IMG/VR virus record: IMGVR_UViG_2974782369_000001
Span: 96,001 to 160,000 of that record
DNA: 64,000 bases
DNA from: a virus
Taxonomy: Duplodnaviria; Caudoviricetes
Direction: 5' to 3' (one strand)
In this document: piece after piece, positions 44,296 to 55,200 of the stretch
Numbering within the stretch: the stretch's first letter is position 1
Layout of the letters: each line of letters starts with the position of its first letter
The notes under the pieces: generated by a model
The model's input: the letters and a program-made list of their open reading frames with translations, nothing else
Told to the model about the DNA's origin: nothing
Databases searched by the model: none
Program-made: the position numbers and the translations under genes

Positions 44296-45467
44296 CAGAT
44301 TGTCGTGTCAGTAGTGGACCCAATGCTACCGAAAGGATTATTTTCGGTGAAGTCGATGATATCGTCATCTTCAGTCTCGAAGGAGTAATTCTGATCGATG
44401 GTATCAGCAGTGTTGGTATTATTTAGAGTGTTATAAGACTCAGGACTCCACTTAGCACCAGAAGTAAGACCAGTGACTACCTCAGCAGTATTGAATGTTC
44501 CTGTGCGGTTAATGATTTGGAGCTCTCTTGTAGAAGCATTCCAGGACTTGACTTCTGCTCTGGAGTCTTTTGGTGAGTAGTCGATTGTGACTGTTGGAGC
44601 ACTAGTGTAACCATTACCACCAGATGTAATAGTAATGCCAGTGACGATGCCAGCAGAGCTGACTGTTGCGGTTGCAGTTGCACCTGTCCCTCCTCCCCCA
44701 CTAATTGTAACTGTAGGTGGCAGAGCAGACTTATAGTATTCTCCACCATCTGTAACTGTAATTGCATTGACAGCATCACCACTTATCGTGGCAGTCGCCG
44801 TAGCCAAGTAGAGATCACCAACGATTTCTTCACCCACTGTAAATGCTCCAGTGCCACCCGCATCCATAACCAACTTAATAGAATTGGCGAATGCAGTTTC
44901 GATAGCATCGATCTCCGCAACACCAGTGTCGATCTCTTCGTCACTATACTCGAAGAGTTCGCATTGACATTCCCAGACATACCCCTTACCTAGTTGATAG
45001 AATGGTCTTTCTGCTTCTACGAACGTAATTTCAAATAAGTGCTTTGCTCTTGGAAACCAAATTAAGTCTCCTTCATTAGGACGACCCTCAACATTCAAGG
45101 TAGCATTATCATCAACTTTCTCCTCAAACTTCTTACGAGAGAAAACAAAAGTCGTTTTATCTTCAATCCTCACACCAAACTTACTTAAAAGATCTCCCTG
45201 ACCTTCCCAACCTTCTACATCGTTAATATATGCTCTAACTGCCAGTGCCTGATTAAATTCACTGGTCTCCACCTCATTAAGAATAGTGTCTCTATTGACG
45301 TAAGTTCTGGGTAGATAGTAGATATCCTGACCATAGAGCTCGATGCTTTCTACAATCAAATTCTCAATGAATGTCTGCTCTTGGGCAGATCCATTGAGAT
45401 TCAATCGACAACTACTTGAATAGTTTGATTGAATGCAATTGTTTGGAGGATCGTTACGGTAAGTCAT
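44295..45467 (-). CDS. g14: Neck protein gp14 (with a beta-repeat insertion)
   Basis: ESIELYGQD.YYLPR, LSKFG, RPNEGDLI, FYQLGK, CELFEYS, FTENNPFG. Confidence 0.93.
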   Translation of the reverse strand: MTYRNDPPNNCIQSNYSSSCRLNLNGSAQEQTFIENLIVESIELYGQDIYYLPRTYVNRDTILNEVETSEFNQALAVRAYINDVEGWEGQGDLLSKFGVRIEDKTTFVFSRKKFEEKVDDNATLNVEGRPNEGDLIWFPRAKHLFEITFVEAERPFYQLGKGYVWECQCELFEYSDEEIDTGVAEIDAIETAFANSIKLVMDAGGTGAFTVGEEIVGDLYLATATATISGDAVNAITVTDGGEYYKSALPPTVTISGGGGTGATATATVSSAGIVTGITITSGGNGYTSAPTVTIDYSPKDSRAEVKSWNASTRELQIINRTGTFNTAEVVTGLTSGAKWSPESYNTLNNTNTADTIDQNYSFETEDDDIIDFTENNPFGSIGSTTDTTI

Positions 45468-45468
45468 A

Positions 45469-46275
45469 TTAGCCTACAAGGTCCATTGGGGGGATTTCAT
45501 AATCTCTACGGATCTGTTGCTCTAGGTCTGTCTTGAATTGACTTGCATCTTCAAGAATTTGACGACCATTTAGAGTAACACCACCAAGCATTTGAATGCC
45601 GTCATACTTGCTGAGGTTGCGACCCCATTGCTGTTGGAAGAGTGCTTCGGTATAATCTTTCAACCAAGCATCATTATACATTGCAGGATATTGATCTGGA
45701 TCTTGACGCATTGTCAAATCGACAAGAATCCAATCACCTGCTTGTAAAGTATCCCAATCAAAATCAAGATACAATCTACCTTGCATTTCATTAAACTTAA
45801 CTCTACGATTTGCTTGAGAATTAGTGACCCAATCCAAAGTCTCAAGATATTGGGAAGTCATAAAGTAATGTAGAATTTGTCCGTGCGTCATCGCATAGAT
45901 GTCATTCAAGAAGATTTGGTATTTGATGTTAAAGATATTACCAGGAACGACGCTAGAAGCACCAATATTTGTATAGACGTGGTTTACACCTAGAACGCCA
46001 GGAGGAAGATCGACATAGTTGTTATTTTCATACCAATTGGTCACACCTTGCTGAGATGAAGATGTTGCAGCAGACTTGATAGCATCTGTCACCTGAATCT
46101 TCATCAGTGACTGATAACTTCCGTTATAAGCAAACTCTTGGAAGTAATCAATTGCTTCTTCAATTAGGTCATCCAATTGCTCATCACACACGTTGATGTC
46201 AATGGCAGGATAACCTAATCTACGAAGAGCGTAGTTTTTTAACTCTGTCTTAGAGGCGGGTCTAGTTGCGGACAT
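45469..46275 (-). CDS. g13: Neck protein gp13
   Basis: LRRLGYP.I.INV, QQWGRNLSKY.GIQMLGGVTLNG. Confidence 0.95.
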   Translation of the reverse strand: MSATRPASKTELKNYALRRLGYPAIDINVCDEQLDDLIEEAIDYFQEFAYNGSYQSLMKIQVTDAIKSAATSSSQQGVTNWYENNNYVDLPPGVLGVNHVYTNIGASSVVPGNIFNIKYQIFLNDIYAMTHGQILHYFMTSQYLETLDWVTNSQANRRVKFNEMQGRLYLDFDWDTLQAGDWILVDLTMRQDPDQYPAMYNDAWLKDYTEALFQQQWGRNLSKYDGIQMLGGVTLNGRQILEDASQFKTDLEQQIRRDYEIPPMDLVG

Positions 46276-46280
46276 TTAGT

Positions 46281-49200
46281 TTACCAAGTAGCGTGGGCGG
46301 CACGTTGCCAGGTGTTAGCGGCAACACAGATATAAATGTAATTTGCATCATAACGAATATCACCTGCAGTGCCAGGATCGGTTGCAGTGGTGGGAGCAGT
46401 GCCAGTTGCTCTCAGGTTTGCTTCAACACTGTTGAATACAACATCATCTGTAGTTGCAAGTGCCTGATCAACATCAGTCAGATCAGTTACAGATGCAGCA
46501 GCAATACGAGCATCAGCACGAGTATTCGTAAAGTAGAGGTTAGTGCCCTCCGTCAAGTCTGTGGTAGTTTGATTGGTGAGATCAAGGTTTACACCAGTAG
46601 CAGCTGCAACTCTAGCGTCAGCACGAGCATCAGTGTAATAAAGATTGGCAACACCTTCCGTCAGATCATCAGTGGTTGCAGCAGCAATTCTTGCATCAGC
46701 GCGAGCATCGGCACGGGCATTAGTGAAGTAGAGGTTAGTCCCTTCTGCCAAATCTGTTGTGGTTGCAAGTGCCATTTTGCCATCAAATGATGCTTCAGCA
46801 CGACCAGCAGTATAGTAAAGATTTGTGCTACCCTCAGCAATGTCATCAGTGTCAAAGTCAGCAGGGACTGCACTCAGAGACAGAATGTTACCTGCATCGT
46901 TGTAGGTTGCAGAAATACCTGTGCCAGCAGAAATCAGAGCAGCGACACGATCATCAACACGCTCATTGGTGAAGTAGAGGTTGGTGCCTTCCGCAAGATC
47001 CCCAGTGTCATGATTTGCAATACTGGAAACTTGACCAGTTACATCGCCAACCAAATCAGCAGTGATGACGTTAGCAGCAAAGTTACCAGATCCATCACGA
47101 AGGACGAGGTTGTTAGATGCGTTTGTGCTTGCAGACGCAACGTTAATCGTTGGATTGCCTGCAACACCATCAGCATTGGTTAGGGTGATACCAGACGATG
47201 CTGTAACCTGCAGAGTGCGTTGTGCATAGGTATTAGCAGCAGTCCTAGAAACAAAACCAGTGCCTGCCATTGCAGCGAGTGCAGTGATGTCTGCATCGTT
47301 ATAGACGGTGCTGATGGTTACGTTTGCAGATCCATCGAAGGAGACGCTACCATCAACAACGCCGTCGATTGTGATTGTCCTTGCGGTTCTGAGTGCATCA
47401 GCAGTAGTAGCATTACCTTGAATGCCAGCAAGAGCGCCAATGCCATTATTAACTGTAATTTGATTAGCGGCGAAGTCTCCATTAGAGTCTCTATTAACAA
47501 CGGTTGTAGGTGTTGCTGCCGAAGCAGTTGTCATGCTGTCCAGCAAGTCAGCATTCAGGTTATTAATTTTAGTAGTGTTAGGAATAACCAGAGCAGGACC
47601 AGATGTAACCTGAGAGATAATCTGACCATCAACAGTCAGAGTGCCATCAATATTAGCATTAGCATCAACATCAAGAGCAGTGCCAGAACCAGTTAGATTC
47701 AGACTACCAGCACGAAGGGCACCGTCTGTGCCAGCAAGCACTTCGGAAGTATTAGTTGCACTGGTTAGGAATGCGAATTGCTGTGCGGATCTGTCGAATC
47801 CAAAGAAACCCACTTTCGCAGAGCCGTCGTAATAACGGAATTCAACACCACGATCCTTAGCGTCGTTAGACGTTGGTGCTGTGTCACCACCCAAAGTAAT
47901 AATAGGGTCATCGAGAGTTGTGACCGTAGAATTGATAGTAGTGGTTGTGCCATTTACAACTAAGTCTCCACCAACAGTAAGTGTATTGTGTAGTGTAGCA
48001 TCACCAGTTGAGTTATCAACAAAGAATGAAGCACGAGAATTTACAGGATCCCAAACATAGAAATCTCCACCAATATATGCATTTTTCTCTGCTCTAAAAC
48101 CACCTTCTGTCGATAGAGCAACTGTATTATCAGTATAAGAAGTGATATCAGAAGTATTGGTAATCGTAACACGACCACTGAAACCAGTGTTACCAGACTG
48201 AGTTGTGCTACCAGAGATCTCAAAGTCTCCGTAGACGCGCATATTACCGCCTACAGCAAGGTTTCTCTGGACACCAAGACCACCAGTCATCCTTACAGCG
48301 CCATCGGCGGCATAGAGTCCTGTGAGGGTCTGATCTGTGTTGTTTGTTAAAGTAACGATACCAGATGCACCAAAGGTGTCATTGATCTGAGTTGCATCAC
48401 CAACGGTCAGTGTGCCGATGATGTTAGTATTACCGTTATCAAAGTCAACACTAAACTTCTCGACAGCAGATCCATTTCTAATAGAAAGTATTTCATTGTT
48501 ACTCTGAAGAATCAGAGAGTCGTAGATAGTTGTTTGACCGTCAACAACCAGAGTGCTATTGAAATCAACGGCACCATCAACATTGAGAGTTTGATCAAAG
48601 TCAACCCCATTCGTAACGTTGAGGGTATTCGTGATTTGTGTTGCGCCATTAACGTCTAGAGTGCCTTGAATGTCGGTGTTACCTGTGACATTATCGACAA
48701 AGAATTTATCGGTTGTGCCACTTCTAACAGCAAAGTCCGCATCAACATCAACAGTGCCATTAAACTCGGAGTTTGCTTGGACAGTCAGAGTATCGCTAGT
48801 TGCATTACCAAGAGTGATATTGCCATTAGCAAACAGGTCTCTGTTGAATGTTACATCACCATGGACAGTCAGTGTGCCTACCGATGCAGTGCCTGCACCA
48901 GAGCGACCGATTGTGGTATTACCATTCTCACCAAGGACTTGGAATTCAATAGTATCACTACTGTTAACCTTACCAATATAGAAGTCATCCCCAACATGGA
49001 GATCGGTAGCAATACCAGCACCACCATAAACTCTTAGGTTGGAAGTATCATCTGTAGCATAGCTAGGTGTATATGCTGCTCTGGTGCCAGTGCGGAGTTT
49101 ATATCTGACTTCTAGGTAGTTTTGTCTGTTATAGTTTGCGGTTGTATCTTCTCTCTGAAGAATCTGACCGTTTACATATACATGATCATTAAAGACTGTC

Positions 49201-51692
49201 GTTCCAGCAACATAACCACCACCATCAAATCGGAAAGCACCATAATCGCTGCTTTGAATCTCATAGAAACCAGTAGTTTGATTTAAAGCGACTGTTGGTA
49301 CATCAGTATCTTCAAGATAAGTGAAACCAGAAACATTCAGAGTGTTGTTGAGATCCAGAGCACCCGTTAGAGTTGTAGCACCAGTTACTCCAAGTGTGCC
49401 TGCAATGAGAGTGTTACCAGTTGCAGAAGCAACATTAAATTTATTAGTGTTGATGTTAAGGTCATTGGTAATATTGACGATACCATAGAAATCGGCATTA
49501 CCAGTTGTAGATTGCAACTCAATACGAGTTGTGCCACTACCATTATTCAGTTGCAGTGTCTTAGAAGCACCTTGAATGACCATGCTGTCATCAAAGCGAG
49601 AGGTGCTATGGACGCGCAGAGTGCTGTCAATATCAACCAGACCACCGATGTTAACATCTTGAGTAATGCCAACGCCACCAGCAACTGCAAGGTCACCAGT
49701 AGTATTAGAAGTGGAGTTAGTGCCAGTGGTAAGTCTGAGGTTACCGCCAATCAGACCAGCGTCGGTGCCACTGAAGACTTCAGAAGTGTTAGTAGCATCG
49801 TATAGGAATCTGAATCCACCGACATGACCCGCGAGATCAGTGTACGAATCATCGTATCCATAGAAACCAATCTTTGCAGCAGTGTCATAATACCTAAATT
49901 CGATTCCTCGATCAAGGTTATCATCAGCAACAGGAGCAGTATCACCACCAAGAGTGATAACAACATCATCGACCTGTAGGGTGGTCGAATTAACTGTCGT
50001 CGTGGTGCCGTCAACCTGAAGATCGCCCCAGATTCTGACGAGACCAGTAACGGCGCGATCATCACCAGGATCAAGGTTGAGGGTCGCATTAGTTGTAGCA
50101 ATGTAGTTGCTTTGGAAGCGAGCATCTTCAACATGGACTTTACCAGTAGATTCGGTTGCCTGTATGCTAACAACATCTTCGGCAGTTAAATTCAATGTGC
50201 TAGAACCAGCACCTGTATTGGTAATGCCAATATTAAATTCTTTACCAACCCCGTCGTTTTGGACACTAGTAATATTGAGATTGCCAGTTGCAACTTTTGA
50301 GATGGTTTGATCTAGTAAACCATCCAGCATGATATCTGGATCGGAGAAGTATGTTCTTACATTGATATCAACTTCACCAGCACCACCGTCGCCAGTATTA
50401 TTAGCACCAAAGAGGAGATTGCCGTTGGTGTTATTTACTTTAATATAGTTGAGATAGTCAAAACCAGTATGTGCAGTAGAAGTCGTGAGCTCATTATCTA
50501 ACTCAAATTCCTGTACTGTATTCTGGTCAGTAAAGATAATTCTATTGTTTTGTAATTGTGTATTATCTACACCAGCGGCGGAAATGGTGACGTGCCCGTT
50601 GCTGTCAACGTCGAAATCTTCCTGTGCAAAGGAAGCCAATCCCTTCTGCTCTGTTGCCGCAGCCGCGAGGAACCGCCATCCTCCAGTATCGCTGCTATCA
50701 GTATGAGCTGGGGCACCAGCGCCCGCAAGAATATCTTGAATGGCTTGATAGACGTTACCACCTTCTTCGATGATGTCATATCGGGAATAAGCTGCCCCAG
50801 CACTATATGTAGCATACTTGCTACCCTCAGTAGCGGTAGCAATAGGTACGTTTGTGGCAGATGTTAAACGACCCCATTGATCAACAGTAAATTTAACTGC
50901 ATTAACTGTTTCTGTGCCGAAAGGCTCACTATTGGGACCAGCAGCAGAAACCGAAGTTAAAGATTCTGTATTATAATTACCATCTACAACCGTTGTGTTG
51001 ATTAGATCAATAGAAGGATTTGCTGAAATACCTCTTCCATTATCAACCGAAATTCTTCCAGCATTTCCTTCAATTTCTCTAGTTGTTACCGTGCCACTAG
51101 CAATTCTGGAAATAAAACCTGTAGTGCCTAGATTGGAAATTGAGGACAACTCATTATTATATGGTTGTGCGGAAGATCCTTCTGTGGTGCCATCAAGACC
51201 ATAATCCTGAATAGTTGTTGGAATTGATCCACTAGTGATTCTACCTTTGGCATCAACTACTACTTTAGTATATGTGCCAGACGAAGTATCTGTGCCATCA
51301 TAATGAGGAAGCGTTGTAACAAGTTGCAGGACAGCATTAAGAGTTAAGTTTTGAGATCCATCAAAAACACCAGATGCTTGAATGTCCTGGGCAAGACTAA
51401 TCTGTCTCTGTGAAGCAAGACGAGCCGCAGTAGAAGAGTTGCCAATCAGTGTTGCAGTAATTGTACCTGCTGCAAAGTTACCATCAGCATCACGCTGCAC
51501 AAGTGTATTTGCAGTATTTGAAGTTGATTCAATAGGTCTCTCATATCTAAGAGAGTTCCATGGTGTAACGCCATCCCCGATCTTGATTCGCCCCGTATCT
51601 AGCTCGACGCCGAATTCACCCTGAGCAAGGGTTGGGTTTGCGTTTGCCCATTCCTGAGCGCCACCTCTTCTTAGTTGAATTCTATTTGCCAT
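46281..51692 (-). CDS. Large fibre/virion structural protein (1803 aa)
   Basis: N-terminal RIQLRRG...NPTLAQGE.G.E.DTGRIKIGDG (Mtd_N/hyaluronidase-like anchor), long beta-helix-like Gly/Thr/Asn repeats, C-terminal YIYICVA.NTW.R. Confidence 0.85.
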   Translation of the reverse strand: MANRIQLRRGGAQEWANANPTLAQGEFGVELDTGRIKIGDGVTPWNSLRYERPIESTSNTANTLVQRDADGNFAAGTITATLIGNSSTAARLASQRQISLAQDIQASGVFDGSQNLTLNAVLQLVTTLPHYDGTDTSSGTYTKVVVDAKGRITSGSIPTTIQDYGLDGTTEGSSAQPYNNELSSISNLGTTGFISRIASGTVTTREIEGNAGRISVDNGRGISANPSIDLINTTVVDGNYNTESLTSVSAAGPNSEPFGTETVNAVKFTVDQWGRLTSATNVPIATATEGSKYATYSAGAAYSRYDIIEEGGNVYQAIQDILAGAGAPAHTDSSDTGGWRFLAAAATEQKGLASFAQEDFDVDSNGHVTISAAGVDNTQLQNNRIIFTDQNTVQEFELDNELTTSTAHTGFDYLNYIKVNNTNGNLLFGANNTGDGGAGEVDINVRTYFSDPDIMLDGLLDQTISKVATGNLNITSVQNDGVGKEFNIGITNTGAGSSTLNLTAEDVVSIQATESTGKVHVEDARFQSNYIATTNATLNLDPGDDRAVTGLVRIWGDLQVDGTTTTVNSTTLQVDDVVITLGGDTAPVADDNLDRGIEFRYYDTAAKIGFYGYDDSYTDLAGHVGGFRFLYDATNTSEVFSGTDAGLIGGNLRLTTGTNSTSNTTGDLAVAGGVGITQDVNIGGLVDIDSTLRVHSTSRFDDSMVIQGASKTLQLNNGSGTTRIELQSTTGNADFYGIVNITNDLNINTNKFNVASATGNTLIAGTLGVTGATTLTGALDLNNTLNVSGFTYLEDTDVPTVALNQTTGFYEIQSSDYGAFRFDGGGYVAGTTVFNDHVYVNGQILQREDTTANYNRQNYLEVRYKLRTGTRAAYTPSYATDDTSNLRVYGGAGIATDLHVGDDFYIGKVNSSDTIEFQVLGENGNTTIGRSGAGTASVGTLTVHGDVTFNRDLFANGNITLGNATSDTLTVQANSEFNGTVDVDADFAVRSGTTDKFFVDNVTGNTDIQGTLDVNGATQITNTLNVTNGVDFDQTLNVDGAVDFNSTLVVDGQTTIYDSLILQSNNEILSIRNGSAVEKFSVDFDNGNTNIIGTLTVGDATQINDTFGASGIVTLTNNTDQTLTGLYAADGAVRMTGGLGVQRNLAVGGNMRVYGDFEISGSTTQSGNTGFSGRVTITNTSDITSYTDNTVALSTEGGFRAEKNAYIGGDFYVWDPVNSRASFFVDNSTGDATLHNTLTVGGDLVVNGTTTTINSTVTTLDDPIITLGGDTAPTSNDAKDRGVEFRYYDGSAKVGFFGFDRSAQQFAFLTSATNTSEVLAGTDGALRAGSLNLTGSGTALDVDANANIDGTLTVDGQIISQVTSGPALVIPNTTKINNLNADLLDSMTTASAATPTTVVNRDSNGDFAANQITVNNGIGALAGIQGNATTADALRTARTITIDGVVDGSVSFDGSANVTISTVYNDADITALAAMAGTGFVSRTAANTYAQRTLQVTASSGITLTNADGVAGNPTINVASASTNASNNLVLRDGSGNFAANVITADLVGDVTGQVSSIANHDTGDLAEGTNLYFTNERVDDRVAALISAGTGISATYNDAGNILSLSAVPADFDTDDIAEGSTNLYYTAGRAEASFDGKMALATTTDLAEGTNLYFTNARADARADARIAAATTDDLTEGVANLYYTDARADARVAAATGVNLDLTNQTTTDLTEGTNLYFTNTRADARIAAASVTDLTDVDQALATTDDVVFNSVEANLRATGTAPTTATDPGTAGDIRYDANYIYICVAANTWQRAAHATW
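46500..47010 (-). repeat. Five TxDLxEGxNLY(F/Y)TxxR peptide repeats in the fibre C-terminus
   Basis: GDLAEGTNLYFTNER, DDIAEGSTNLYYTAGR, TDLAEGTNLYFTNAR, DDLTEGVANLYYTDAR, TDLTEGTNLYFTNTR. Confidence 0.85.
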
Positions 51693-51728
51693 TTGTTACG
51701 ACAACCCGATTAGTTAATGCTTCTAAGT

Positions 51729-51767
51729 TATTTATGCCGAATAAAAAAGAGGGGCATTGCGCCCCCC
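51729..51767 (-). terminator. Terminator followed by a late promoter (CATAAATA) for the fibre gene
   Basis: GGGGC-GCAAT-GCCCC-TCTTTTTT at 51743-51767; CATAAATA at 51729-51736. Confidence 0.8.
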
Positions 51768-51770
51768 AAA

Positions 51771-51986
51771 TCACTCTTCAGTTGTTTCTTCAGGGGGATG
51801 AGAAGCAGTTTCCTCCTCCTGAGAATTGTAATATTCCAGTGTCTCAATAGCACCCTGAAGTTTCAGTGCTTGAATCTCATTTGCTTTGATTTTCTCTGCC
51901 AACTGTTTGTTTTCTTCAACCAGGGCAGCATAACGCTGTTTAAATTGTGCAAGCATTTCGTCTTGCGAAACTTTTTCAATTGTCAT
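51771..51986 (-). CDS. Small coiled-coil hypothetical protein
   Basis: LKLQGAIETLEYY heptad pattern. Confidence 0.75.
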   Translation of the reverse strand: MTIEKVSQDEMLAQFKQRYAALVEENKQLAEKIKANEIQALKLQGAIETLEYYNSQEEETASHPPEETTEE

Positions 51987-52212
51987 GATTTTGATTTTGG
52001 ACTAACGTTAGTAATAGTGACTTAATATCACCCAACTCAGATTTTAGGTCAGAAACATCTTTTTGTAAAGTCTCTACCTGCCTTTCTTTAGCACTCTCAT
52101 ACTTCTTTGCTGCCATATACTTATCGTATGAATCAGCATTTCCACAATTTATCGCACCAGAGGTGGTATCTTTAAACCACCCCTCATGATCTTTAATTGG
52201 TTTTACCGTCAT
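51976..52212 (-). CDS. Small coiled-coil hypothetical protein
   Basis: SGAIN...LKSELGDIKSLL; coupled to the VrlC-like gene. Confidence 0.75.
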   Translation of the reverse strand: MTVKPIKDHEGWFKDTTSGAINCGNADSYDKYMAAKKYESAKERQVETLQKDVSDLKSELGDIKSLLLTLVQNQNHDN

Positions 52213-55200
52213 AATGCAAGTGCAATTGCTCTGAAGTCTTGGAGGACTGGTGTGTATGCCTGGTTTGAAGAAACCATTACCACCTTGATTTGATATTCAT
52301 CGAAACTCAAACCATTGATCTCATATGAGTAATCTTTAAAGATCTGAGTGTCAGTAGGTGCTGGGACTTGATTCAAGTCGCCATCAATAAAATCAAATCC
52401 GAAGGACTCAATTGGGTCTGTGCTTCCAACTGGACGCACTCTATATAGGACCTTAATTGTAGACCCTGCTGGGCGGTATGCCGAAAACATAACTTTGAGA
52501 GCCGAGGAAGGATTGGTTAAGCTAGCAACCCTGGTGATATAAACTGCTTCGTGGTCATCGCCAGTAGCGAGTTTTGCACTATTTGGATTTGCTGGATTAT
52601 TAATCCTGTTGGAAACCAAAATGGCAGACATTCTGTCAGTATCGATGATTGGTGAAACATTATCCTTTGTAGTGGAGAGGGTTAGGTCCATTCTAAAGGA
52701 CTTCTCACCACTCAATTCCTCAGATTCATTAATACCCGAGCAGATGAGTTTTGGTCTGGTTAGGTAGTTATCTTCATTTAGAAGGACATCTGTAAAGGTG
52801 CCATCATTAGAGAAAGATCCTGTCAGATTATTAGTGCCGTCATTAATTGACGTGCCACTGATGGTATTGACTCTAGCAGTAACTTCCGTCTTAGGAAGAA
52901 TCATTCTTTGAATCTGAGGTCTAATTGTTTCATACTGAATATTTTGAGTTGCTGTTGCACCGTCTCCACCACCTCTAATACCAACATTGCCAAGAGAAGA
53001 AACCGAGATTTCATACGAATCTAATGTTGGATTCTGGATAGAATTGTGAACCTTATTGATTTCCGTCAAAGGAATACCATCAAGATTGTAACACTCCACA
53101 ATTGATTCATCAGCATGAGATACTGCAGTTGTGCTATTTGCACCTCTATTCAATACCGTGATAGTTTTACCGTCAGAGCTAATTGCACTGTATGTGATAA
53201 TCTCATTGCCAATCTTAATAAATCCAGGATTACCAATACCAACAGTAGCACCATCAACTCTCTTATGGAAAGCAGAAGCATCATTAACAGCAATACTTGT
53301 TTCAGAATCTGATAATGCTGCAGTCAAGAATGTTGGAGAAATCTCGGACTGCATACCCGTCAGAGTAACATTATTATTGAGATCGTGCATACCATGATTA
53401 GAATGGTAGATCTTGATCTTTCTTTGATCGGAGTTGTAAGAAGGTGTGATGCCTGTTGCAGGGAATGCGGAAGAGATGGAACCAGTTTCAACAGCATCAC
53501 CACTATAAGTTACAGAACTAACCGTTGCTGTTGTATCTGATGTGCCACCATTGACGGTCTCTGTAGAAACGGTGAAGTTGGTGGAAACAGACTCAAGGGT
53601 AAGAGTGCTGGTGCCAGCATCCCAATTAGTAACTGTTGCTGTTGGTGCATTAGCAGAGTTGCCAGTGATTGTTTCACCAACAGTAAATGCACCTGTGCCA
53701 CCAGTAATACTAGTAACGACCATTGTTGCAACTGTCTTAGAAGAGACAATTCTGTTAACAACAACGCCACCACCTTCAGATCCAGCTTGGAATGTGCCAG
53801 TTACATCATCAAGAGTAATAGTGACACCATTAACTTCAGATCCCACAGCGGCGATTGTGCCTTGTGCAAGAGTTGTCTTCTGATAAATTCTTGCACCAAC
53901 AGTAAATGGCAATGTTAGTGAGTTGAGAAGAAGTGTCAATTGAGGAGAAACCGTTTCAATAGGATCTCTTCTCAGAGATACAACACCACCATTGCCAAGA
54001 CCGAGAGCAGAATTATTTAAAACTAATCTACCATTTGTAGCGGTCTCAAACTGTGCTCTATAGATAGAGAATTTGAGATCTTCATATTGATCAGCAGTCC
54101 AAGTCGATGCGTTTTGCGACTTGAATAAGACACCAGCATAGGGTTGCTCCGAAATGGTGCGGTCACCAGTAATATCCAATTCACCCATTCTGGAAATCCA
54201 AACTTGATAAGAGTTAGAGTCGGAGAGAAGGACGAAGCAATGCTCCACAGACTGAGGAATATAAACAGGTGCTCTAAACGTAAACTTAGTTGCAATTGCA
54301 CCAGTTTCCGATAACTGGACTTGGGATGGGTTCAGAGTAACATCAGAGAATGGAAGAATGGTGGTTGTAGGATAACCATTTTCCATTGTTCTGATCTGCA
54401 TCGAGATGGGGATATTTTCATCTTTTGCATTAAAGAATACATCAACAGATGTTAAGAATACACCACCTTCTTCATCAGAGATGAAAGATTGTGCAAGAGG
54501 GTCATACCAACCAATCTGACGTGTCTCAGTCCTGGTTGTTTGAATCGTGCGTTCTTGATTTACTGTGTCTCTAACAACATCAGCATTACGGACTGCCAAA
54601 ACGTTTTCTTGGACGGTATTTAGTTGACCTCTTGCTTCATATGTTGTTTCTGCAGAAGACGCAACAGCGCCAGCAAGTCTACTATCACTGGTGCTAGTAG
54701 AGAATCTTAGAGTTCTAGATCCAGTTGCCCAGCGAGGATTGCTGTCCAACGTTGGAGATGGAATGAAGAAAGATCCACTAAACTGACCCAATCTATCGCT
54801 AAGAATTCTTCTGTTTTTAACAACAGCGGTTGCACCAGAATCACCAACCAAGACCTCACCAACTTGCATATTTCCATAGAAATCACCAACTGCTTGTGCT
54901 GCCAATTCCTGAATATCGACGTTGATAAAATTAGTTGTCGATGCATAAGAATCTGGCAACTCAGAATCATCATATGGATTATAAACAAACTTATCGTTAG
55001 GAGCAGCAACTTTAAATACAACCCCACTAGTTTGACCTCTTACAGTCTCACCAATAACAAATGGAGTCGAGTTTGTCCTAGTATCGACTGTAGGATCTTT
55101 AATCAACTCAACAATCTTAGGCATGATGTAACCATCTACCGACTGACCATCAAAGAATGCATAGAATTGTGTCCTGGGCTTAAGACGGACAACATCCATT

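Noticed and set aside
46500-47010. Repeats as a CRISPR array or a DGR template/variable repeat
   Set aside because: They are degenerate in-frame peptide repeats with no unique spacers, no adenine-specific variation and no reverse transcriptase in the window
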